Below the pieces are notes generated by a model, which saw nothing but the letters and a program-made list of their open reading frames with translations, was not told the DNA's origin and searched no databases. Of a stretch of DNA of 64,000 bases, positions 38,259-49,439 are shown one piece after another (the first letter of the stretch is position 1; every line of letters starts with the position of its first letter). Origin of the DNA: Neoechinorhynchus agilis (Eukaryota > Animalia > Acanthocephala); contig CM121342.1 in NCBI GenBank assembly GCA_051530055.1, forward strand, positions 13,903,480 through 13,967,479, read 5' to 3'. The translations under genes and the position numbers were made by a program.

Positions 38259-41200
38259 ATGGTTAATAAAAACATTAAAGTTCGGATATTAAGCGTTGAG
38301 CCCTCCTTGCAACGACCTATTAAAGGAATCGACAGTTTATATTCCCGATTGACTGGCACTCGAAACCGTAAAGTGCCGATCCTTCGAGTATTCGGAACTG
38401 CCGATAATGGTAAGTCACTTTTTGTCCTAAAAGAAAAATCTAACCTTGAAAACAAAAAGGCCAATCGTGCTGCGTTTATGTTCATAATGTCTATCCTTAC
38501 TTTTACATTCGATCACCGATTGGACGCAGCGAAGATAGCAGAATTTCTAATAAAGAAAAATCAATCATTAATGAAATTGTTGATAAGATGAAATGTTCGT
38601 TGATTGCAAATGTACAACAGCAGTCTGAAACCAACTCATGTCATGGTCCGTTGATTTACAATGTGGAAAAGTTGAAAAAGACGTAAGTGTTTTGGTCAAA
38701 AGATCTTCACTACAATCATTTCAAAGAACCGTTACGTTTGTTATTTGCCTGTAAACGTTTTTCGATTCACTTAATAACTTGCAAAATAGTTTAAAGGAAA
38801 TTTTACCATCAATACTTACTTTCTCACCAATGCTCGATCGAATTTCACAGGAATCTCACGCTGGCGATAAAGTTACTTTTTGATTTGCAACTTGTACGCT
38901 TCTATGAATCCAGTTTAATTTTCGAGTCAGTGAGTCAACATGTTAGGAAATTGGTCAATGCAACGAAATTTCTACAAAGTTGGAATTCGTTTATAAGTGA
39001 TTTATTGAATATATATCGTGTTTTTGTTCATCCTCAAAGTTTTGAAAGCACATAACATCTTTGGTCGTTGTTAGAAAGTCCGGTTGTCGATCATAGTGAC
39101 GACCAATTATGGAATCTGATCCGTTTCCGTGTACTTCGATCACATTTTAATGGATGCACTAGGTCAATCTATGGATTTAACGAATGGCACACGTTCTTCA
39201 AGTTCAGTTTTTACTCGTGGCATTCCCTTAAGAAGTGTGCAGACATTCTTCATAATGAAATCAAAGTACAGACATACGAGTCGCATATCCCATACGCCGT
39301 TCAGGTAAACATAATATTGTTCAAATTTCTTATAAATCTGCTGCTAAAGTTCAGTTTCTGACGGACTATCAGCTCTCGGGAATGGAATACATGGAAGTCA
39401 GTCGAATAATGACTCGTGCTGAACAAAATATTTTACCAAATGTGTCGGGTATTTTCACGTTTCAGAAACGAACCTCAAACATATTTTTGTCGTAGATCAT
39501 ATGAGTTGCTCAGTGGATGAAATATTCAGGGCGATTATTGGAAGTAGGACACTACTTGTGTTGTATGATAACCTTCCAATCGATCGTGCGCCACAGACGA
39601 AATGCATGATCGAGTTTGATATTATTGACAAGGATATTGTTCAATTTACGTGGTCTATAGTTGAAGTCAGTCAATCCGCTGTTTCGCGTGTATCAAATGT
39701 GACATTGAACAATGATCTTTTGAACAGCGGTGAGTATTTATTACCGTGCACTTTTAAATTTAAGACTGTTTTTCTCTAATCTGGTTCATTTTTTCTTGTA
39801 AATGCTAAATTAGAGCAATTTGGCTTAGCAAGTTTTACATCATTATCTCAATCGAAATTTATACGTTTGTTTCGAAAGCGTGAATTTATGCGACAATGAT
39901 GAAGCTACTGAATGTTCACTTTTTCATGCAACGTTTAGTGTGTGCCAAATCGCAAAACAATTGCAATCATCAAAAAGTTAAGAAGTTGTTCAAAGATATA
40001 TTTTGTTTTGTGTTGAGAAAATAGAAATTGATTTATCAATTCCCTTTCAAAATATTTCGTCCGTTTCAAGGTCAGAATGGCATAACTTTTAGACCTGAAG
40101 AAGTCCGACGAAATATTGTGAAAGGGAATTAATCTCCATTTTCTTAACACTATAAACATTGTCTTTTTAATTGAATTTTGCAGGATGTTTATTTTTAACT
40201 TAGTATCAACCCTTTTTAACCGCTACTCTTGAATTAATTAGACGTTATTCGCGAAGCCGAAGAAAAATATAGACATAAATACCAAGAATGTTTAAAATTT
40301 GTTCATGACTCTCAATCGCAAAACACTTTTCCCATTGAAAACGACGTACAATTATTGGACGATCTTGACTTTGGATCTGAAACTAACGAAAGTTTAACTC
40401 CTTCGGGTACCACAGAGAACCTTGATGGAACAAATGCGCCAATCTTCCAATGCCCGTACTTTAAAGATCTAAAATACGAACCAAAATGTGAAGATGCACT
40501 CGTAACTATGCAGCTCTGGGAAAAACCTGAAAGTAAAACTAAGATACCAACAGCCTACTCGTTTTTGGCACCTTTATCAACAAACCCATCAAGGTACGAG
40601 TGGTACGATTTCGCCGGCATCTTGGAAAGTCGAACTATTAAGACGAATACGGATTGGTCGTTCTTTTGTACGGATCGTGCCGACGAGTCTTCAATGGTCA
40701 AATATGTTAAGAACCTTGTAAAAGATTATCGCGATGAGGAGTATACGAGGATGGTAGATTCAGGAAAAGATTTTAAATGGTATAAGTCAGTTTGTTCAAT
40801 TGGACTAGGTAGTAATTATTACGAAAAGATTCGGCACTTTCTTGGAAACGATTTTAAATATAATGCCTTGATGGATGCTGCAAAGCTGCGGCAAGGAATT
40901 GCTCAGGTAGAAAAAGAGGACAAGCGTGCTACGACTTACCAACAGCCGCCTTTAACCTTAATGATTCCACAATTCACAGTGTTCGCCGTGTCATCAATAC
41001 CGTGCTTCACGGGCGATGGAATTTATTGTTCTACGAATGGGCAAGGAATTCTGGCCGTGAGTGTTGTTATCTTTCGAGAGTCGGCACTAAGAAGGATATC
41101 GTTATTTGTGGGAAGTAAGATTGCAAGCCGTGGTGTTCCATTGTGGCATGTTCCATGGTTAATAAAATTTAGACTGATAAAATTGGTTAATTCCAATAAC

Positions 41201-44105
41201 TTCAAAATCAGTATATCTCGATTCTTAAGAAATCCGCAATATTTTCGGCATATAGGGTTTTGTTCAAATACATAAAGAAATGGAAGTAGATGTAGCTCAG
41301 GTTAGAGCGTTAGAATTAAATCCGAAAAACAATGGTTATTCTTTTTATGTTTTGTTTTTGCTCCAAGAACAAGAATTGTACCCCACGGAAACTCACATCA
41401 TCCGGATCAACTCTCATTTGTTGCTCGACTGAATTCGATTTGTTTCAGAAGCTCGAATTCTTGGTAAACAGATTCGATCCGGACGTACTTGTATGCTATG
41501 ATAAACGAGATCTTACTCACATATGCCAACGAGCTCAATCCGCGATTTGGTCGCGGTTAATACACCAAAACAATTTAGACTCGTTTCAAGGGAGGTATAT
41601 TCTTGAGTTATGGTCTTATCTTCGCTCCAATGCCTCGGATCACTTGGACACTGGTCTTCGTAGCTACTCATTCGAAGCCGCGTGTAAGGCTCTTCTTGAT
41701 GAAATGCACTGCGAGCTGAATAATCAACAGCTTATTGAAATATATTCCAAAAAAGGCTGGATTCGAAATTGTCTCAATTACATAGAGCAACGAGCTTACA
41801 CGTACGTACGAATGCTTGATCGGACGAAAGTACTCGAGAGTTCGTCTGAATTAGCACGTATATTTGGTATTGAAATTCAAATGGTTCATTGCAGGGGTAG
41901 TCAATATCGCGTCGAATCTCTTTTGGCTAGAACATGCCACCCACTCGGATACGTTTGTCCTAATCTATTGTTCTTTGATCAACAAGCTCCAGTTGCTATA
42001 CCATTGAATCTGGAACCTTGTAACGATCCACCCTTAAAAGGCGATCCAACAGTTGTTCTCGATTTTAGATCCCTTTATCCCTCAATAATTTGTGCATATA
42101 ATATCTGCTTCAGTACTTGCATGGGATGCGTCGATAACTTCGGAACTGGTATTCTTGGTCGAATAAAGGACTATGTACCACCTCGTCATCATTTCGTTTG
42201 AACAATCTTTTCTTCTAAATGACAGTTCTTCAATTTCTACCTTTTAAACATATAGAAAAATACCAGTATTGAGTAAATTCTACTTGTCTAAACGTTCTGG
42301 TTCCAATTTAAAAATTATAAACCATCAGATGTAATTAAGGACTGCATTCCATCCGCAAATTTTTGATCCATTTATATGTTCGAGTTTCGAAGCAATTACA
42401 AGTTTCTTTGTAATGTAAAAGCTGAAAAAAAGAGCGAGAACATGGTAGCAGGGTAGTAAAGTGAGTCCGGTTTTTAAAATCGACACTTTTTACACCCAAA
42501 TGTCATTCACAAATAGTTTTATATGAATACTATTCTCGGAGGCTTTTTGATAAAATTATCGGATATAAACCGAACGCATCTATTGAGGAGAGATTTTTCA
42601 ACTTAGAAGACGTTATTTTCTCCCCGAATGGTGGAATCTTTATCCAGCCTCACATAAGACAAGGTATTCTGCCACAGATACTTGAAAAGCTACTTTCTGC
42701 TCGGCGTTTGGTTAAAGCGAAAATTCCAAAGACGGACGAAGAAAAGAAACGCTTGCACTGGCGTCAGCTCGGCCTTAAATTATTAGCTAATGTTATTTAC
42801 GGATACACGGCTGCACATTTCAGTGGTCGAATGTCTTGCGTTGATGTTGCTGATAGCATCGTCCATTTCGGTCGATATCACATGATATCAGCCGCTAATT
42901 TGATAAGATCTAAAAGTCTATATGTAAGACCAATCGAAGTGGTATATGGAGATACTGACAGTCTTTTCCTTAGATTTAGCAAATGGCCGACAGTCGAAGA
43001 AGCTGCTAAAATGGGCAAGTATCTGTCTTCCCTAGTAACGGCATCGTGCCCCGAGCCGATGAAGTTTGAATACGAGAAAATTTATGCGCCCTGTGCTTTA
43101 TTGGAAAAGAAACGATATGCTGGTTTAAGGTATGACTTTGAAGATTTAACTAAATCGGAGTTGGAATGTAAAGGGATTGAGGTTGTACGAAGGGATGGAT
43201 GTGTTCTTGCATCGAACTTACTGAAGATTGCACTGTGTGTATTGTTTAGAACAAGGGATATTTCTAGAGTAAGAAAAACAGTGCTCTTTGAGACCGACAT
43301 GAAACTTTGTCCATCTGAATACAAGCACCGAAATTATACTCAGTTTCTTATTAGTCGTGAGTATAGAAATAGCTATAGGTGTGCTCCAAAGTACCGGTGC
43401 TGGAATAGTTTCTAAAATTCTAATGAATGCCATTTTTTGAACAGATTGGTTCAATGACTTCTTAAAATGCCGTGACATTCAAGACGACGACTAACATGGA
43501 ATTTACTCTTTAAAATCGCTCTATTTTAAGCAAAACTGGTACTCAACATAAGTTTTCAGTTTTTATTGCATTTTCATAGTAAAGCCTTCTAAAACAGCCC
43601 CGGTACATTAAACGCACAACCACCTATCGTAAGTTGTATCCAGCGACGCCAAAACACTTCTATTTCACCGATTCATCATTATCGAATATCTTACCTCATT
43701 TCGAAGAATGGCGATCGTCTAACTGATCGCGCAGTTGAACCTACATTCAATCATATAAACTTCGATTTAGATGACGAGTATTACTTGTCTAAACAAATTA
43801 TCCCACCTTTGCACCGCCTAATGATGCTTTTTGGATGCGATGTGTATAAATGGTTCAAGGTACCGAAACTGCGCAAAAATCAGCGTAGAAAGTACGATTT
43901 CACGAATCGTTCAATCACTCAGTATTTTCGCAATAATGACACATCTTCGAATGATGAGAACAAAATGGATACGGTGGCTATCGCGATCTGTGTTCGTTGT
44001 ACAGGAGCATCCTTCGGTACGTGTGGCCGTGAAGCTTTAGAATTGGCCTATAAATGTAGAAACATCGAATGCCCTGTATTGTACACGCGAAATCTTGATT
44101 GGTAA
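38259..44105 (+). CDS. REV3L: DNA polymerase zeta catalytic subunit, multi-exon
   Basis: VPILRVFG...HNVYPYFY, YESHIPY..QFLTDY, RGSQYRVES, DFRSLYPS, KLLANVIYGY, YGDTDS, KKRYAG, KQIIPPLHR and a C-terminal C..C...C....C motif. Confidence 0.95.
38410..38459 (+). other. Canonical 50-nt GT-AG intron (REV3L intron 1)
   Basis: GTAAGT donor, CTAAC branch site and AAG acceptor. Splicing gives DNG-QSCCVYVHNVYPY. Confidence 0.9.
38683..39162 (+). other. Canonical GT-AG intron (REV3L intron 2)
   Basis: GTAAGT...CACTAG. Splicing gives EKLKKT-SIYGF in frame. Confidence 0.8.
39305..39354 (+). other. Canonical 50-nt GT-AG intron (REV3L intron 3)
   Basis: GTAAAC...TTCAG. Splicing gives HIPYAVQ-FLTDYQLSGM. 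Confidence 0.9.
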
Positions 44106-44338
44106 TCATTGTTTCCAACACAGTGGCGGCAAATAAACGAGAAACTTTCTTATTAAAGTATGCATTGTATTTTATTAGTGTGTATTGAACTCGTGGTGTG
44201 ATTCATCGACCCTGGATTGCTCACTTTTTCTCAGTACTCATTTTACTCTTCAAATCTCGTAGTTTGTATTGAGAAGTAGCGCGCATTACCATCACGGATT
44301 TCTTTAACACACAACACTTTACACCCACTGATTGATCT

Positions 44339-46038
44339 TCACTTCTTTTCTTTGCTTTTCTTAACAGGTCGTCTTTTTTTCTTTTCATTTTTTAATTCAT
44401 CATTAATACCGTCCTTCTTTTGCATCGAACGAAAAAATCTTGCTTTCTTAAGAGCCAATGCGATTCTGTTCTCGACCGCGAAATCCACAACCGGTCTATG
44501 ATTAGCGTCAAATATATTTTCATTTCCATCCAAATTCTCGACACAGGCCAAAGCATCGTTGGAATTTTCCAGGCTCACAAATGCATACCCAAGAGACCTT
44601 CCAAGTGATCCATCCTTTAAGCGTTCACGCATAATCCGGCATTCAGTCACAACAGCATCCTTATTTCCACTCGCATCCAAAACAATCCTATTTAATTCTT
44701 GTTCAGTGACACGTTTAGGCAAATTATGAATTGAAAGTCTTTTTTCAGATTGAAAATATCTGGAATGATTTTTAAGATTTTCCCTAGTTTCCTTTTGTAA
44801 AGTCTCGCGCATTTTCGCTTCTCTCTTGCTCGCCGTCTCCATGACCGATTTCCGGCACAACAAATGCCGTTTGTCCAAGGCAATTGCAGTTTTCTTTTCT
44901 TTTTCAATCTTCCTCTCCTTTTCTACTTCCTTTCTCGGTAAGGCCAAAACCACGCTTATTTCCCTAGCGTCAATCATTATCGGATTTCTATTTTCCGTTG
45001 AAGAAGCAGCTATTGCATTCTCAGCCGATTCCGATTGAACGTATCGCACAAAGGCGCATCCGCGTGACCTACCTGTGATTTTGTCCTTTACAATTTTAAC
45101 ATATTTCACTTCACCGAACGAAGACATCACGTCAAGAATAGCTTTTTCATTCGTTTCTAATGCTAGATTCCTTATAAACACCGTCTCCTTCTTTTGAACA
45201 TCCATACTTCCTTGTTCAAAACATTCATTTCTTCGCTCTTCCTTCTGCGCTGTATTGTCCTCTTTTTCCATATCATTGATTGTTTCTATTTCAGTTTTGT
45301 CCTCTGCTACTGTCGAATGTCTCTTCCACAACAACAAAACAAGGTAAAAGTAATGCAATTTGATTCGATTGGCTTAGTTAGGTAAAAATTCAATTTTGGA
45401 GAATATTTAGTTTAATAAATTACTAAACACGCGAGTTAATATCACTTTGAACATAAATTTGATTGAACACATTGATTATCGCATTTAAGCCACGTCTTTA
45501 CGTTTCGAATATAAAGCTCAAAAAAGACAAAATAATGATTCGACTTATTTGGTATTCAAAGTGCAACATCACGACGAAAAATAATTAAAATCTAAATACG
45601 AAATACGCTCTTAGATATGGGGAAAAGCAAGCTTGAAATTGGCATCTTTCTGCTTGACCGAAACAATCGACGTACTTCTTTTTCAACCTCTTCGTTGTCC
45701 TCTTGATTTATATTTGTCATCTCATAAACATCCTTAGGGAGAGCCCAGTCAACACTTACCATTCGTCCTCCCAACTTATAGCTCGACATCTCACTCAAGC
45801 ATTTCTTAGCGGACTCCATGTTCTCATATCTTATGAATCCGAATCCAGCCGAATTACCGTCGACCTTTGTAACAATCTTACATTCACTTACATCGCCAAA
45901 TCGCTTGAATTCCTTCTGAAGACGTTTCTCTTTTATGGAAAATGGAATATTACGGACGATCAATCGAGGATACTTTATGGTGAATTGCTTGCTCTTGGAT
46001 TCATTTGAGTTCGCACTTTTCTGCTTAGCAAATCCCAT
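44339..46038 (-). CDS. RBM28: RNA-binding protein 28 / Nop4-like nucleolar protein; at least 2 exons
   Basis: Three RRMs (RLIVRNIPF...AGFGFI; TVFIRNL...RGCAFV; RLSIHNLP...SLGYAFV), DKRHL, and VVDFAVEN. An N-terminal RRM1 was not identified. Confidence 0.88.
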
Positions 46039-46497
46039 CTAAAAATAAAGAAGTATTTTGCACTGGAAGATGGGCATCGTTCGCGATCTGCAAAACAAAG
46101 AAGTTTACATGTACGCAGATTAATGTTATTTTTACTGATTGCCCGCGCTCTCAAACAAAAACCGATAAAAGATCCATTTGCCAAAAGTGTATTTAAATCG
46201 CCCTTGTGGAAGTCTCAAAATCTTTCCGTTCATAAATACGGATTTTGCGGTCTGAATAATAATTCAAAAACGTATTCCGTGTGACCATAAAATTTAAAAA
46301 TCTACAAGACGCCTTTAATTCCTAATCTTAAAAAAGATTGAAAAATGACGATAGAGCGATCAAAATGAGACTTTATCCTCGTTGATTGCCATGAAATTCA
46401 TTCGGTAAAATTCAATTGCACATTGCAAACTGATCTGTTTCTTTTTAACAACGACCAACATGAGAAATCTACGGTTTGCCTTTTATGACCCTCTCCC

Positions 46498-49093
46498 TTA
46501 TTTGGGCGGGTAAGGGTTTTGCTGCTGTGTTGGGTACGGAATATTCATTCCGTAATAAGTGTACGGATTATATCCAATCGGTAGTGCAGGCGGCGGATGT
46601 GGGCAACCGGTAGAATACGAATTAATTGGATACGGCAACTGCATTACTGGTGCTTGCTGCGTTATGAAAGTGCCGGCAGCGTTCGCGTTGGAGCACGCGT
46701 TTGTACAGTCTTCTCCACTGCTGCTAACGATATTCTGCTGGATATCCTTGAAGAGTTCATCCTTTTCAGTCTTCCTTGCAAAACAAAAATCGGAAATCTT
46801 AGATTGGAACTTGACTAACAATGGAGTTAGATCATTGTAAAACTTGCATCCTTCGTTCAGGTTGTGAAAAAGTTCTTTGAACGCATCATAACCAAGTGCC
46901 ATGTTTGTAAGCATTTCCGATCGAAGTTTACTACTCGGATTGCCGCCACCGCTCTTTTCCCTGCTCAATTCTAAATGGGCACGTTGAATGTTATCAACGA
47001 GTCGTTCTTGCCTTGAAAGGCTATCAGAGACTTGCTTCCGTAGAGGTCTAAACACAGAATCGATTTTCGCAGCAATGAAAGCATTCTGGTCGGTATGAGG
47101 CTGACTTTGAAAAGTGTTCACAAAATCAGCTTGAACACTATCACCCTGGTGCTTCAGTTCAGCCTCAAGCACTTGCCTTTCTGCTTTGACAGTCTCGACT
47201 TCTTCACAAAGCCTCCTAAGTTCCTTGACAATGTAGTGGTTTTTAAGAGCAGCTTGGCTTGTAGCAGGAGGCAATTCCCTTTCGAGTTCAGGTAAAGGTT
47301 TGCTCAACATTAGGATAAAAGGCCTACTTTTCGCGTACTTTTGCTGAACAACTTGATCTGCATTTACGGCTAATTCAATCACCTCTCTATATCTTCGAGC
47401 TTCGTCACGCAAAGGTGCCGTCAATTGCTGGCTGGGAGTCCGCTTCCATTTATCGTTCAATCGACTTCTTAACTCAGAATCAGTGCACTCTTCTTCGTCC
47501 AATAATCGTCCTGCTTCGTCCAAAATCTCTTTATTGCGTTTTAAAAGAAACGGAAGCTCTTGAATCTTACGATCTAACCATTGAGCACCTCCTTGTTGTT
47601 TGATCTCACTACATTTGGTCACAATAGACTGAGGAACTTTACGAGAGGGAAAGTGGTTGTTTTTGACCACCTAAACATCACCACTTTCCTTCCTTCATAG
47701 ATTGTTCACGATCATCATTTAGAACGTCCTCAACTTCGGCAGGTAAATTAAGCGTAGTCATCATTGCGTTCAAAAGATCGGTTGCCTCTCTGATCCTATT
47801 GATTTCGTGATTGGCGAATTCCGCTCGTTTCGACGAAAAAGCGAGTAATGCATTATTGACTTCAATTGGAATTAGGGAAGCAAAGAGGTCGGTAAATGTT
47901 TCCGATATAGGGAATGAAACGGGTTTTGCGGCACAAACAGCAATTTTCCCGATCGGTTCAACGTTTTTATAGTTCGGAATTCTCTCATGATACACAAAAT
48001 CATTGTCTTTTTTGGCAGCCTCGAGTGCACGTCTGATTCGTTCGATGCTCGTTTTCACGCATTCCATCATTTGAACTTGTGGTTGACTCGGTGATCCGAA
48101 CGCCGATGCCAGTTTACTTTTGGCTACTTCAAGTTGTTCAAGTGCTCTCTGCAACCGACAAATACTCACGTTTACTTTGCGTTCCTCAGCCAATGACTGG
48201 TAGTATTGGGCAAGAGCGAGGTAGAAGTATTGCTTTCCGTTAATCACAGAACTGAAGTACCGAGGAAATACATCCTTGTTGTGATCCGTCTGGCTCAATG
48301 AATACGCTTCGTTGTAAAATGATGCGATTTGGTTGGCTAATCGAGCTATGAGACTGGACTTTAGTGTTTCACGCTGATTCCGATAAATGTCAAGACAAAA
48401 CAAGAAACACTAAAAAACCCTATGAAATAAAGGCAGACGTTCAAAAAGACTTAAATTTCCAACAACGGAATAAGCGTGAGCTGAGTCCTTGACACCTTTC
48501 CCAAGTGTAAGTTCGTTTGCTTGTGCGATCATTAAGAGTGCCAGCAAAGCAGATACCTGAGGGTACAAATCGGCGGTAACGTCGGTTCCAGCCATAGTTA
48601 AGACATTGTCTCTAAGATGTTCAAAAGCACCAGCTGATGTTTGAAGATACTTCACGGCTTGCTTAAGTCCAGAATCGTGGTCCAGCGGTTGACTCACGGC
48701 CAGTTCACCACACCATGCGCCAATGTTGAACAGAACGCAAGCCTGCTCGTATCCTGCTTTGGATAGAGTTAGAGTCCTCTTCCCGCCTAGCATTTTCCCT
48801 TTATCCATCGCATCTTGCCACTTGAATCCAACCCGGATTTGGTTTTCACTTATAGGAATTTTATTCTTAATCGCTACCAATTGGTCGTAGTATCGAAACA
48901 TTTGATTAAGACGATCACTTCTTGTACTCGTCAAAAGTGCTGATGTCCTCAACTGATTGAACGCTTCTGCTGCAAAACTGTAATCATCTTTGTCGCCATA
49001 AGTTGCACTGATGAATGCTCGAATTGGTGTCGATAAATTCACTTCGAACGCCTTCTTGCAAGGGACCGACATAATAGGAGGTGGAGTGACCAT
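46498..49093 (-). CDS. PDCD6IP: ALIX / programmed cell death 6-interacting protein; 3 exons
   Basis: Bro1 domain (SVPCKKAFEVNL, YYDQL, FKWQDA, YEQACVLFNIGA), V domain (LNLPA, KFYNDLT, DFCFARKTE) and Pro/Tyr tail (GYNPY). Confidence 0.95.
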
Positions 49094-49439
49094 ATCTTAT
49101 AAAGAACGATACTATAAAAAAATTAATCCAAAGAAAAAATACTTCTAATACAATGTCACTTATTTTAACAAATCCTTTGATTCATGGCGACTAAAATTTG
49201 CGAGATTTATAATTAGATTCTTCCGTGTTTTTTATGAATATCGTCAAGACCGTATCGTGATTTTTCTCATCAAATAAGTTTTCCTGAGATGTTCGTCTCT
49301 CTGTTTTTATATCGCGGAAATGTCGGCAAGTTTTAAAGTGAACGTCCCTTACACGGACGCGGCGATCCTGACCGGTGAGCCGCGTGCTCAACCAAATTTG
49401 TTTGAACATTGAACGATTCATGTTTGTTTGTCGCGTAAA

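Noticed and set aside
39440-39515. Programmed frameshift or 17-nt micro-intron in REV3L
   Set aside because: A 47-nt GT-AG intron (39449-39495) explains the frame change more simply.
42150-42600. Paired-end or non-canonical intron in REV3L after VPP
   Set aside because: Only weak complementarity was found, and the boundaries could not be fixed.
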